Positions 20,079 to 29,618 of a stretch of 64,000 nucleotides of DNA are shown piece by piece. The position numbers were made by a program, and so were the translations under genes. How positions within the stretch are numbered: position 1 is the first letter of the stretch; each line of letters begins with the position of its first letter. The stretch is from an uncultured Gemmatimonadales bacterium (GTDB lineage: Bacteria > Gemmatimonadota > Gemmatimonadetes > Gemmatimonadales > GWC2-71-9), in assembly GCA_963798915.1 (NCBI GenBank), contig CAWCVB010000002.1, positions 320,001 to 384,000 on the forward strand, read 5' to 3'. The notes below the pieces were generated by a model. The model saw nothing but the letters and a program-made list of their open reading frames with translations, made no database searches and was not told where the DNA came from.

Positions 20079-20507
20079 TCAGCCCTTCTGCGCCGCGGCC
20101 TCCGTCCGGAGACGCTCTTCCTGTTCCCGCAGCTCGGGGGTGAACTCCTCACCGAACTCTTCCATTTCGAACACCTGCCGGATCTCGATTTCGCTTGGCC
20201 CGCTCATCGGATTGGGGCAACGGCGAACCCACTCCACCGCCTCCTCCATGGACTTGACCTGCCAGAGCCAGAAGCCGGCCACCAGTTCCTTGGTCTCGGC
20301 AAAGGGCCCGTCGGTCACGGTCCGCTTGTCGCCGGAGAACTGCACCCGCTTGCCCCTGGAGCTGGGATGCAGCCCCTCGGCGGCCAGCATGATCCCGGCC
20401 TTGACCAGTTGCTCGTTGTAGTTGCCCATCGCGGTCAGCAGCTCCGTGCTCGGCATCGCGCCGGATTCGGATTCATCGGTCGCCTTGACCATCACCAAGA
20501 CCCGCAT
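20079..20507 (-). CDS. YciI (DGPF) family protein
   Basis: VTDGPFAETKELVAGFW, EIEIRQVFE. Confidence 0.92.
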   Translation of the reverse strand: MRVLVMVKATDESESGAMPSTELLTAMGNYNEQLVKAGIMLAAEGLHPSSRGKRVQFSGDKRTVTDGPFAETKELVAGFWLWQVKSMEEAVEWVRRCPNPMSGPSEIEIRQVFEMEEFGEEFTPELREQEERLRTEAAAQKG

Positions 20508-20562
20508 TGTGGACCCCCTGATTTGCCGTTTTCGACCCGGGTGCTTCCCGGGTTTCCAACAA

Positions 20563-20592
20563 TACGTCGAACGAGCCGGGAGGGAATCGACA
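20563..20592 (-). promoter_or_regulatory. Candidate ECF-sigma promoter of the yciI-sigma operon
   Basis: TGTCGATTCCCTCCCGGCTCGTTCGACGTA, nearly identical to 13127-13156. Confidence 0.65.
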
Positions 20593-20663
20593 ACCGGGAC
20601 GGGCGGAGTGTGTGACGGGGATCAGATGGGGCGAAGTGCAACGGGTCTACACCACGCGGATGG

Positions 20664-21068
20664 TCATGCGTCACCGGCGATTCGTTCGATTCCGGGCACA
20701 CCATCGAAATGGCGGTCGAAGCTCATGACACGCGAGACGCCGTGCCGTTCCATGATGGCGACATGGAGTGCGTCTCGCGCGGACATGGCGCCGCGGCTCA
20801 GGACGATCGTCTTGGCGCGCTCGATGTCCGCCGCGTCCACCGGGAGGACAGCGTCTACGATGCGCGTGATGGCGTCAAACGCGGGCTGGATGGCGTCCCG
20901 GCGACTGATGGCTACGTAGCGATGGAGAATCTCCTGCAGCACTTCGGCACTGGTGACCAGTCGCTCCTCGCGTGCCACGGCTTCTTCGATCAGCATCCGG
21001 GCAATTGCCTGGTGCGACGCCGAGGCGCCCACGAGATACATGGGAATGTTGGAGTCCACGAAGATCAC
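20664..21068 (-). CDS. vapC: VapC-type PIN-domain toxin
   Basis: GTG start overlaps the antitoxin stop (GTGA). [27 protein letters not shown]. Confidence 0.9.
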   Translation of the reverse strand: MIFVDSNIPMYLVGASASHQAIARMLIEEAVAREERLVTSAEVLQEILHRYVAISRRDAIQPAFDAITRIVDAVLPVDAADIERAKTIVLSRGAMSARDALHVAIMERHGVSRVMSFDRHFDGVPGIERIAGDA

Positions 21069-21319
21069 GTGGACTCCTCGAGGTAGCCGCGTCCGATATC
21101 GCCGAGCATCTGTTCGATGTCGCCAGCAGGGTAGTGATGCCGGACCGCTTCCCGGACGGCCCGAAGCTTCTGCTCGGCCGGATAGGCGGGCTCGACCTGC
21201 CGGGCCCGGCGCAGGGCCTGCCGCACCCACTCGGCCACGGTGAGCCGCTGGGCGCGGGCCGAGCGCCTGATCTCGCGGAACTCGGCCTCGTCGAGGAGCA
21301 CCTGAAGTCGCTTACTCAT
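21065..21319 (-). CDS. Ribbon-helix-helix antitoxin (VapB-like)
   Basis: [27 protein letters not shown], 84 aa, directly upstream of the PIN toxin. Confidence 0.85.
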   Translation of the reverse strand: MSKRLQVLLDEAEFREIRRSARAQRLTVAEWVRQALRRARQVEPAYPAEQKLRAVREAVRHHYPAGDIEQMLGDIGRGYLEEST

Positions 21320-21355
21320 ATCAGTGAGTCTATCATACTCATGATCATGAGTCAA
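21314..21355 (-). promoter_or_regulatory. Sigma70 promoter TTGACT-N17-TAGACT with two ACTCA-N6-TGAGT operators; leaderless start
   Basis: -35 at 21355-21350, -10 at 21332-21327, ATG 7 nt later. Palindromes at 21337-21352 (perfect, 16 bp) and 21314-21329. Confidence 0.75.
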
Positions 21356-21493
21356 GCAGGAGGTGCTTGCAAGGCGATCTCGTTCAGGCCGCATCCGGGG
21401 ACCTGCTGCGCCCTCGGCCCCGCCCCGTTGCTCCCCGTGCTCCGCGTCAGGTACGTTCCGGTACTGATTCAGTCCACCTCGGAGGAGACTCCC

Positions 21494-21925
21494 GTGCCAA
21501 TATCACGATGCAGCCGGCAACGGCCCGGCTTCTGGGCGCCACTCGCGCTCACCCTTGCAATACTTCCGGTTCTCCTGAGCGGCTGTCTGGTGGCCGCGGC
21601 GGGTGCCGGCGCAGGAGCGGCCATTCATCTGAGCGACCGGGGAGCCGAGTCGGTGGTCACCGCCTCGGTGGACCGAAGCTACACGGCCACCCGCGAAGTC
21701 TTCCAGGAGATGAGCATTACTGAAGGCAAGAGCACCACCGAACAGGACGGCGACGTCGAGACGCGGGAGCTCCAGGGCAGCACCACCGATCGCGACATCA
21801 CCGTGACGATCAAGTCCGAAAATGCCGGCGCGCATGTCGATGTCGTGGCGCGGAAATCAGCGGTGACCTGGGACAAGGACCTCGCCAGGCAGATCCTCGA
21901 GAAGATCATCGCCAAGGTGCAGTGA
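21494..21925 (+). CDS. DUF3568-like lipoprotein
   Basis: GGAGGAG RBS with GTG start, lipobox LLSGC followed by AAAGAGAGAA. Confidence 0.7.
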   Translation: MPISRCSRQRPGFWAPLALTLAILPVLLSGCLVAAAGAGAGAAIHLSDRGAESVVTASVDRSYTATREVFQEMSITEGKSTTEQDGDVETRELQGSTTDRDITVTIKSENAGAHVDVVARKSAVTWDKDLARQILEKIIAKVQ

Positions 21926-21982
21926 GGGGACGAGTGGCGCGGGTCGCGATATTCGCCGGGATCCCGATGCCGGGCGGGATTG

Positions 21983-22095
21983 GTAGGGGCGGTTCGCGGG
22001 CCGCCCCTACGATGGCCGGGCACCATCCGTGCCTCATCCGGTGATCCCCGCGGGCCGCCCCTACGATGGCCGGGCACCATCCGTGCCTCATCCGG
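21983..22095 (+). repeat. GTAG-type REP with a 47-bp direct duplication (54-bp period) just upstream of the RAYT
   Basis: gtaggggcggttcgcgggccgcccctac. 21995-22041 is identical to 22049-22095. Confidence 0.85.
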
Positions 22096-22173
22096 AATCC
22101 CCGCCACCCAATGATCATATCCGCAATTATCCGGTGATGGTCCGCGGCGCCCGCCGCCGCATCCTGTCGCATC

Positions 22174-22680
22174 ATGGACCGCGCAATTTCCTCGAAGCGC
22201 CGGAAGAGCCCTCGGCTCCAGCAATACGACTCGGCTCCAGCAATACGACTATGCGCGGCGCCGATGGTATTTCGTCACTGCCTGCACCCTCCACCGGCGG
22301 CCCCTGTTCGGGGTGCTGGGTCCGGCAGGCGTTGCGCTGTCAGACGTGGGTGAGATCGTGCAGGAGGAATGGCGTCGCAGCGCAGGGCTCCGCGATGATG
22401 TGTAGCTCGACGAGTTCATCGTCATGCCCGATCACTTTCACGCCTTGATCGGTCTGCATGCGACCCACTCGTCGAACGCACAATCCCCCCTGTCTCAGAT
22501 CGTCGGTCAGTTCAAGGGGGCAGTGACGCGCCGGGTGCGCCAACTGGGCCCGGCCCAGCCGCATGCCATCTGGCAGCGGAGCTTCTACGATTCGATCATT
22601 CGCAGCGATCGGCGTTTCCGGCGGGTGCGAGCGTATATCAAGACCAATCCGGCTGTCGCCTGGCAGGAGACAGGTGGTAG
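22174..22680 (+). mobile_element. REP-associated tyrosine transposase (RAYT, IS200/Y1 HUH family) pseudogene
   Basis: RRKSPRLQQYDY..WYFVTACT..MPDHFH..IVGQFKG..WQRSFYD.IIR..YIKTNP. Broken by a 19-bp duplication (22211-22248) and a TAG at 22403. 3' end approximate. Confidence 0.88.
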
Positions 22681-22762
22681 CCTGGTGCCTCCGCGTCGGA
22701 GCCGGAACATGTCCCCGCTTCAGAAGCGGGTCTCCGAAGGGCAATCCGCTCTGCAACGGGAC

Positions 22763-23224
22763 TCAGCGTCGCGGTACCAGAAACGACAGGATCAGCGCCG
22801 CCAGGGCGATGAAATTGAGCCCCGCGCCCACCGCGTGCGAGTACTCCCACTGCCTTCGCAGCCCTTCCCAGTTGTCCGGGAGGAAGGTCCAGTTGCGGGT
22901 GGCCTGATTGGCAGGGAAGGTGAACAGGAAGAAGATCACCAGGCCCAGCGCCACGCAGGTCGTTGCGGCCAGCGTGAGGTGAAATTCGGTGGGCTGGTGG
23001 CGCACCCGGTACGCCACCATGGCATTGAGGAGCAGTGCGCCGATCACCGCAACGCCGAGGAATGCCCAGCCGGAATAGATCTGCTGCACCGTCAGGTAGT
23101 CGTTCCGCGGCAGCGAAATCTTGTTGGGCAAGGCGAACAGGTGCGCCAGGCCGGCACCCAGCGCAATGGTGGTGAACATCGCCGCCACCAGGCGCAGGAT
23201 CACCAGGCCCCGGTCACTCCCCAT
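22763..23224 (-). CDS. DUF1772 / anthrone-oxygenase-like membrane protein
   Basis: AHLFALPNK, YLTVQQIY.GW, TFPANQAT.NW, RRQWEYSH. Confidence 0.75.
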   Translation of the reverse strand: MGSDRGLVILRLVAAMFTTIALGAGLAHLFALPNKISLPRNDYLTVQQIYSGWAFLGVAVIGALLLNAMVAYRVRHQPTEFHLTLAATTCVALGLVIFFLFTFPANQATRNWTFLPDNWEGLRRQWEYSHAVGAGLNFIALAALILSFLVPRR

Positions 23225-23705
23225 TGGGTCTTCCGGCGTTCGCCGCCGCGTGGCGCGCCTGCGACAGGTAGGCCGGTTCCAGCTCCATCAGACTGGCCAT
23301 TTTCCGCACCAGGTAGGCTTCCCGCTCGCTGAGCTTCCCGTCAGCCAGGATGACTCCCCACATCACCTCCGCGAGCACCATCTTCTGGCCCAGGTCATAG
23401 TTCGCAGTAATCAATCGGGTGAACTGGAAGTGGTCGATGGACTCCGCCCGCTCGGCCTCGGCCAACCGCATGAGTTCCACCCCTGCCGCTTCATCGAGCC
23501 CGAAGTGTCGCACCAGCGTCCGCTCGATGTGCTCTCGCTCCTCCGGGCTGAATTCGCCATCGGCATGCGCCAGCTCCAGCAGCAGCGCGCACGCCGCCAG
23601 CTGCACCGGATTCGCGGACTCGGCAGGCTTGGCGGGACCCGGCGGACGCGGGTTCGTGTTCGTGCCCAGGTGCTCACGAACGAAACGTCGAATGTCTTTG
23701 AGCAT
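23214..23705 (-). CDS. TerB family protein
   Basis: AACALLLELAHADGEFSPEE, MWGVILADGKLSEREA. Confidence 0.88.
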   Translation of the reverse strand: MLKDIRRFVREHLGTNTNPRPPGPAKPAESANPVQLAACALLLELAHADGEFSPEEREHIERTLVRHFGLDEAAGVELMRLAEAERAESIDHFQFTRLITANYDLGQKMVLAEVMWGVILADGKLSEREAYLVRKMASLMELEPAYLSQARHAAANAGRPNGE

Positions 23706-23724
23706 GGGGTCTCCAGGGTGTGAT

Positions 23725-23890
23725 GCTGAGAGCTGACGGCTGAAAGCCGAAGGCTGAAGGCTGAAGGCTGAAGGCTGAAGGCGGACGCGTGTCTCGCAAT
23801 AACAATAAGTGGCGACCTTCGGCCCAGCCGTCTCGCCGTCTCGCCGTCTCGCCGTCTCGCCGTCTCGCCGTCTCGCCGTCTCGCCGTCTC
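23725..23890. repeat. (GGCTGAA)n heptamers (23725-23782) and (GCCGTCTC)8 octamers (23827-23890)
   Basis: Read directly; the 8 octamer copies are perfect. Confidence 0.92.
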
Positions 23891-23911
23891 GCGCCTTCCC
23901 ACTTCTTGCGT

Positions 23912-24337
23912 TCAACTTCCCACTTCCAGCACCGGCTTGATATCCACCACCGGCGTGCCATCAATGGCCTCGAGTGCCTCCACATGCAGGCGGTTGCCGT
24001 TCTCGATGCGGAGGAGCCGAGTGCGATGGATCCCGATCGGATTGGGCCGGTCGGGCGATCGAGTGGCGAAGACGCCTGTGAGCGGTGTCTCGGGATCCCG
24101 GCCGGGATGCACCTGCAGCGTATCGCGCCGGCCCTCATGCAGCCACGTGAGGATGATGATCTCGTCGCCGACCGCGAGCAGATGGAGCGCCGCCAGGTAC
24201 ACCGGCTCGATCTCGATCCATGCTTCGGGCGCGCCCTGGGACGGCTGGCGCGGCGCGTCCTTCCGTTGCGTCAGCGATGACTGCACCCATCCGATGGGGC
24301 GGAGTTCGAAGTGCTCGGGAGTTTCGGTCATTCGCAT
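23912..24337 (-). CDS. tsaA: tRNA m6t6A37 methyltransferase TrmO/TsaA-like domain protein
   Basis: LRPIG, GVFATRSPDRPNPIG, EAIDGTPVVDIKP. Confidence 0.9.
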   Translation of the reverse strand: MRMTETPEHFELRPIGWVQSSLTQRKDAPRQPSQGAPEAWIEIEPVYLAALHLLAVGDEIIILTWLHEGRRDTLQVHPGRDPETPLTGVFATRSPDRPNPIGIHRTRLLRIENGNRLHVEALEAIDGTPVVDIKPVLEVGS

Positions 24338-24360
24338 CCGGTCCTGTGCTGAGCCACCGA

Positions 24361-24828
24361 TCAGCGCGCCCGGGCCCGGACGGACCTGGCCATCGCCACC
24401 CACTGGTCCATGGGAATGCTGGCCACGAGCTCGCCGATCAACTCCAGGGCCAGGTCGTCCGCCTGGCGGAAGCGGATACAGGCCTTGCCCATGTCCAGCT
24501 TCTTGCCGGCCGCCTTGGAGCCCTCTTGGAGCCGCCGGAGATGCCGGGCGTCGCCATACGCGCTCATCAGGTAGAGCGAGAGATGGTGCTTCTGCGACGC
24601 GAGCGCAACGTACCAGAGCGGGTGCCCGTTGTACGTATCCGGATAAATCGCGAGCGGCACCTGGTAGGCGAGAACGTCGCCTGCCATGGCTTCTTCGTAT
24701 CCGGCCGGAAGGTTCCGGAGAATGGTATCGCGCACCGTCTCCATCGCGGCGCGCCGATCTGCCGGCAGGGCAGCCAGGAAATCCATCGCCGCACTCGAGG
24801 ATGTCCGGTTTGAGGATGGCCTGTTCAT
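24361..24828 (-). CDS. DUF1801 (YdhG-like) protein
   Basis: YPDTYNGHPLWYVALASQKHHLSLYLM, LDMGKACIRF. Confidence 0.88.
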   Translation of the reverse strand: MNRPSSNRTSSSAAMDFLAALPADRRAAMETVRDTILRNLPAGYEEAMAGDVLAYQVPLAIYPDTYNGHPLWYVALASQKHHLSLYLMSAYGDARHLRRLQEGSKAAGKKLDMGKACIRFRQADDLALELIGELVASIPMDQWVAMARSVRARAR

Positions 24829-24878
24829 CGCGAGTCTCCCTGGGAAGGTCTGTGGGTCCTCTCCTCGTCTTGACGCAC

Positions 24879-26243
24879 TCAGCGCATTCCCGGCAGCCGC
24901 ACGGTGACGGCCATGCCGGCGGTATCCACATCGGCGCTGTGCCACGTTGCGGCGATGCCGTCCGCCGAGACGGTAAGGCCACTGTCAGAAGCCACGACGG
25001 TGGGCGGCGCCTTCAGGCCGGTGAGGGTGAGCGTCCGCACACCGGTGAAGAGCGGATGCGCGCCGGCAGACGCGGTCAGCGCCGGCCGTCCCATGATCTC
25101 GATGCTGCCGCTGCTGTTGCCCAGTCTCAGGAAGCGGGTGTGGAGCACCTCACCCGGCGCCACGACCTGGACATTGAGCGGGTCGAATCCTTGGGGAAAG
25201 AGCGGACTCCCCGCCTCGATGGTCAGCCGCCATCCCGGCTGCTCCAGAAATGTACGCCGTCTGTCCTGGAGCTCGTGGACCAGTTCCTGCTGGTCCTGCC
25301 TGGCCGTCCGGGTGATGCGATTGCGCTCGTCAGCCCGGAATGCACAGGCCGATGTATCCGCACTGGAGACGACCACACTGAGCATCGAGTCCAGCGGGAT
25401 GGAATCCCGCTGCTCGAGGGCTGTGCGCCAGCCCGGCGAGAGCCGGTCGAGCAATCGCGCCATCGCCACGCCGCTCCGATACGCGCGCTGCCGCACGGCT
25501 TCAGCCGGAAATCCGGCCGCCGGCATGATGCTGCTGTCGGCGGCGCCAGTGGCGCGCCGCTCCACGTAGGTCGCCAGGCCTTCATTCAGTTCGGTCTGGC
25601 GCTCGTACGTCGCCCCGTCTCCGCCAAGCTGGGCAAAACGCTGCTTACGAAGCCGTATCGCTCGGCCAGTCCAGCACCCGGGCGACTCGGCGGCAAGCGC
25701 GCGACGCAACGCCTCCGACTCCAGGCGCCGCAACCCCAGCAGGCCGGCATCGCTCACCGGATAGGTGAAGAGATCGGCTTCGTTGGCGGACCAGTCGGGG
25801 TGATGCGCGCGTTGGAAGACATGAAACGTCTCATGAAGCAGGATCCCTGCGCGGGCGAGACCGGTGGTGGAATCTCCGGGCGGCATGAGGGTGGCAGTGG
25901 GAATGCCGCCCAGCTCTGCATTGGTGTTGGCGCTCACGCTGGAATCACGCCCATCGTGGACCAGGACACCCGGATGATCAGGCAGCGGAATGAACGTGGC
26001 GGGCGGCGCAGGATGGCGGAAGAGCAGGGTACGGGCGCCATCGAAGACGGCAACCGGCGTCGTGCGCGGGTCGAATCCGGGCCAGAGTTCCCGGTGCGCC
26101 AGTGAATCCGCCAACGCAACCACAGCGAATGGATCGCGGGCTCTGTCCGCGTCCGCAGTGGAAGAACCGGTTTGGCAGGCCCATGCCGCCAACGGCAGCA
26201 GCGTGCGCATGGCGGCCGTCCGAAGTGGCAGCGCTCGGCTCAC
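24879..26243 (-). CDS. Hypothetical exported protein with gluzincin-like HExxH...EG motif
   Basis: LLHETFHVFQ and ELNEGLATYVE. GTG start overlaps the upstream stop. Confidence 0.65.
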   Translation of the reverse strand: MSRALPLRTAAMRTLLPLAAWACQTGSSTADADRARDPFAVVALADSLAHRELWPGFDPRTTPVAVFDGARTLLFRHPAPPATFIPLPDHPGVLVHDGRDSSVSANTNAELGGIPTATLMPPGDSTTGLARAGILLHETFHVFQRAHHPDWSANEADLFTYPVSDAGLLGLRRLESEALRRALAAESPGCWTGRAIRLRKQRFAQLGGDGATYERQTELNEGLATYVERRATGAADSSIMPAAGFPAEAVRQRAYRSGVAMARLLDRLSPGWRTALEQRDSIPLDSMLSVVVSSADTSACAFRADERNRITRTARQDQQELVHELQDRRRTFLEQPGWRLTIEAGSPLFPQGFDPLNVQVVAPGEVLHTRFLRLGNSSGSIEIMGRPALTASAGAHPLFTGVRTLTLTGLKAPPTVVASDSGLTVSADGIAATWHSADVDTAGMAVTVRLPGMR

Positions 26244-26683
26244 TCGATGACTCGCTGGAACCTGGCCTCGATCTGGTTGGAGCCCGGTCCCTCATCACCA
26301 TAGAGCAGCGTCACGACCGTCTCGCTGTCCGACACGGTGCCAGGGCCCAGCAGGTAGGGAAAGCCCTCGCCGCCTCCGCCGGTACGGGTGAAGGTGAGCG
26401 TGTTGCCGCTTCGAGTCCAGGTGCCCTGCTCAGAGTTCTCGAATTCGATCCCGTTGTTCTTGTTGCGATGCATCGTATGCAGGTCGTAGGTCCTGGCCGT
26501 CAGCGTCAGCGATCCGGCCAGGGTCAGGCAGCAGCCATCAGGCGCGCCTGGGTCGGATGGCAAGGCCTGGCCGTTTTCCTCGGTCAAGTAGTAGCCACCC
26601 ACCAGTGGCGAGGGTTCGGTTCCGCTGCCACAGCTAGCCAAGGCCACTGTCACTATGACGCAGAACAGGAAGGAACGTTTCAT
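26240..26683 (-). CDS. Lipocalin-like lipoprotein
   Basis: Lipobox LASC, LVGGYYL, GTWTRSGNTLTF. Confidence 0.6.
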   Translation of the reverse strand: MKRSFLFCVIVTVALASCGSGTEPSPLVGGYYLTEENGQALPSDPGAPDGCCLTLAGSLTLTARTYDLHTMHRNKNNGIEFENSEQGTWTRSGNTLTFTRTGGGGEGFPYLLGPGTVSDSETVVTLLYGDEGPGSNQIEARFQRVIE

Positions 26684-26853
26684 GAGTCCTCACCAGATTC
26701 CAATACAGGTGCCGCTGCTGCAATACTTCCCGTCTTCCCGTCTTGTCCGCCTTGCCCGCCTTGCCCGCCGTGTCCAACCGGCTGATACTCTATAACGCTC
26801 GCCGGTAAGTGAGGCCGGCGTCAACTGACACTTCGAGCAACGCGAGGTGAGGC

Positions 26854-27970
26854 ATGAGCGGAGTGCGCGTGCTGGTTGGCACCCGGAAGGGGGCTTTTGT
26901 CCTGACATCCGACCAGGGGCGAAAGCAATGGGACGTGAGCGGGCCCCATTTTGCCGGCTGGGAGCTGTATCACGTCAAGGGTTCGCCGGCTTAATCCCGA
27001 CCGGATCTACGCCTCGCAGTCGAGCGGCTGGTTTGGCCAGATGATCCAGCGCTCGGACGATGGCGGCAGGACCTGGGAGCCGGTGGGGAACGAGTTTGCC
27101 TATGCTGGTGTGCCCGGCACGCACCAATGGTACGATGGTACGCCCCATCCCTGGGAATTCAAGCGGGTCTGGCACCTCGAGCCCTCGCTCACCGAGCCTG
27201 ACACGGTCTATGCCGGCATCGAGGACGCCGCGCTGTTCCAGTCCACCGATGGCGGCAAGTGCTGGCAGGAACTGTCAGGACTACGGGGCCATGGATCCGG
27301 TCCGCACTGGACGCCGGGCGCCGGCGGCATGTGCCTCCATACCATCCTGATCGATCCCGCCAATCCGCAGCGAATGTTTATCGCGATTTCGGCGGCCGGC
27401 GCCTTTCGCACGCTGGACGGCGGCGGGACCTGGGAGCCGATCAACAAGGGGCTCCACTCACAGTACATTCCCGATCCCACCGCCGAAGTGGGACACTGCG
27501 TGCACCGGATTGCCATGCATCCTTCGCGGCCTGACGTGCTCTATATGCAGAAGCATTGGGACGTGATGCGAAGCGACAACGGCGGCGACAGCTGGCAGGA
27601 GGTGAGCGGGAACCTGCCCACCGACTTCGGCTTCGTGATCGATGTCCACGCCCACGAGCCCGAGACCATCTACGTCGTCCCGATCAAGAGCGATTCGGAA
27701 CATTACCCGATGGACGGCAAGCTGCGTGTCTACCGGAGCCGCAGCGGCGGCAACGCGTGGGAGGAGCTGGGCAAGGGCCTGCCGGACCGCAACTGCTACG
27801 TCAATGTGCTGCGCGACGCGATGGCGGTGGATGCATGCGACGAGTGCGGAGTGTATTTCGGCACCACCGGTGGCCAGGTCTATGTCTCGGCCGACAGCGG
27901 CGACCGCTGGGCCCCCATCGTGCGGGACCTGCCGGCGGTCCTCTCGGTCGAGGTGCAGACGCTCGCATGA
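26854..27970 (+). pseudogene. BNR/Asp-box repeat (exo-alpha-sialidase-like) protein with a +1 frameshift at about 26991
   Basis: GAGGTG RBS and ATG at 26854: [15 protein letters not shown]...YHVKGSPA then TAA. Removing one T gives NPDRIYASQ. Multiple SxDGGxTW boxes. Confidence 0.85.
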
Positions 27971-28266
27971 TCCGGGTGGTGCTGCCCAACCCGCTCTGCG
28001 TCATCGCGCGGACCGAGAGCAACGAACTGCTGCTCGACGTGCCGGCGCCGGTGACCCAGCGAACCGTACTCGATGCGGTGGAGACGCGCTTCCCCATGCT
28101 CCGGGGGACGCTCCGCGACCACGCGACCCTCAAGCGCCGGGCCTTCATCCGCTTCTATGCCTGCGAGCAGGATCTCTCGCACGAGTCACCCGATACGCCC
28201 CTGCCGCCGGCCGTGATCGATGGCGCCGAGCCGTTCATTATCCTCGGCGCCATCGTGGGCGGCTAG
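27967..28266 (+). CDS. MoaD/ThiS ubiquitin-like protein
   Basis: ATGA overlap with the BNR gene, [17 protein letters not shown]-terminal AIVGG. Confidence 0.88.
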   Translation: MIRVVLPNPLCVIARTESNELLLDVPAPVTQRTVLDAVETRFPMLRGTLRDHATLKRRAFIRFYACEQDLSHESPDTPLPPAVIDGAEPFIILGAIVGG

Positions 28267-28278
28267 GCATGCCGCAGG

Positions 28279-29271
28279 CTACCGGCGCGACTTGGCCACC
28301 TGGCTTGGCCCCTTGATCACGCCCGCACGGCCGGCAGCACGCCGGCACATCGCCAGCTGGCCGGCATGATAGGTCCCGTGCATGGCGATGAGCTGCAGGA
28401 GTTCGGCACGCGAGCACTCCCCGCCAAAGGGATGCGGTACCGGCTCCGCCAGCTGCGCGTCGCTCAGCGCCGCAATGCCGGCAAGGCACCGCTCCCGTGA
28501 CTCCACAAACCGGCTGGTCAACCGTGACCAGTCCATTGGAGCATCAGGGCGGTCGGCCGGCTCCGGGGCTGCACCCGCCAGTTCGTCATCCGGCACCACC
28601 GGTTCTTCTCCCATCAAGTGCATGGCGCCGTTGTGCACGGTAATCAGGTGCCCCAGCACCCAGCTGGCCGAATTGGCACCGCCCTGGGCTTGAACCTGGG
28701 CATCCTCTGACGACATCCCCTCGAGATTGGGCAGGCTGGTCCCGTACAGCATTTCGTACTGCCGGGTCAGAAGGTCCTGTGTGCGCATGATCTGATTCTC
28801 CTGGTGATTGCCGTGCGAAAACAACTGTTCAAGGTTCTTGAGGGCGCTGGTCCATCCGACTCGGTGTCCGTCGCGGGCCGCGGCACTCAGGAACCCGTCC
28901 TGCCGCAGCACCACGAGCGTCCGCTCGCCCTGTTCGTGAAATTCCACGGTGAGCACTGTCTCCCGAGCCCGGGCGTCGGCCTCGGATTCGCCCTCCTGCT
29001 GCCACATATGGGTGTACACCAACCGTTCGGGCGGCGTGATCTCGCGATACTGGCCCACGGCCACGTGCCGGGTGCCATCGGGTTCCTGCATGACGGCGCG
29101 GAAGCGGCCGCCCACCCGGAAATCGATGGAACCCTCGGGCAGTGTCATGCCTTCCGGCGCGGACCATCGGGCGAGCAGCTCGGGCCGGGTCCATGCGTCA
29201 AAGACCTGCTGCCGCGGCGCTGCGATCAGGCGCTCCAGCCGCAGGCTGAACTGTTCGGTGTGGGCGGTCAT
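28279..29271 (-). CDS. SRPBCC (AHSA1) domain + DinB domain fusion
   Basis: VFDAWT.PE..RW, DFRVGG, GHRVGW, then NSASWVLGHL, HGTYHAGQL. Confidence 0.82.
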   Translation of the reverse strand: MTAHTEQFSLRLERLIAAPRQQVFDAWTRPELLARWSAPEGMTLPEGSIDFRVGGRFRAVMQEPDGTRHVAVGQYREITPPERLVYTHMWQQEGESEADARARETVLTVEFHEQGERTLVVLRQDGFLSAAARDGHRVGWTSALKNLEQLFSHGNHQENQIMRTQDLLTRQYEMLYGTSLPNLEGMSSEDAQVQAQGGANSASWVLGHLITVHNGAMHLMGEEPVVPDDELAGAAPEPADRPDAPMDWSRLTSRFVESRERCLAGIAALSDAQLAEPVPHPFGGECSRAELLQLIAMHGTYHAGQLAMCRRAAGRAGVIKGPSQVAKSRR

Positions 29272-29618
29272 GCCTCCACTTCCTTTCCGTGCGGCGCTTC
29301 CAGATACGCCTGCAATGCGTCCAGCTGTGATTCCCAGTATCGGTGATACCGATCCACCCAGGTGGCTGCCTGCTTGAGCGGCGCGCCGTCGAAGCGGCAG
29401 CGGTTGACCCGGCCGTCCGGCATCCGGTGCACCAGCCCGGCGCGCTCCAGCACATCGAGGTGCTTGGAGACGGCAGGCCGGGAGATGCTGAACGGCTCGG
29501 CCAACTCACCCACCGTGGCTTCGCCCCTGGACAGCCGGGCAAGCATGGCGCGCCGGGTGCTGTCGGCCAGGGCCTGGAAGATGAGGTCAAGCCGGGCGGC
29601 ACGTGAAATGGTAACCAT
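29268..29618 (-). CDS. ArsR/SmtB family regulator
   Basis: FQALADSTRRAML, ISRPAVSKHLDVLERAGLV, YWESQLDAL. Confidence 0.92.
   Translation of the reverse strand: MVTISRAARLDLIFQALADSTRRAMLARLSRGEATVGELAEPFSISRPAVSKHLDVLERAGLVHRMPDGRVNRCRFDGAPLKQAATWVDRYHRYWESQLDALQAYLEAPHGKEVEA

Noticed and set aside
22403..22405. TAG read-through (pyrrolysine or recoding) in the RAYT
   Set aside because: The gene also has a frameshifting duplication, TAG is used as a normal stop elsewhere in the window, and a GAG-to-TAG nonsense change is simpler.
22424..23332. 302-aa intact transposase ORF
   Set aside because: Only the first ~85 aa are RAYT-like. The rest is run-on sequence antisense to the DUF1772-like and TerB genes, and the N-terminus lies upstream behind a stop and a frameshift.
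23214..23705. Tellurite-resistance operon
   Set aside because: This is a lone TerB-family gene with no other ter genes.
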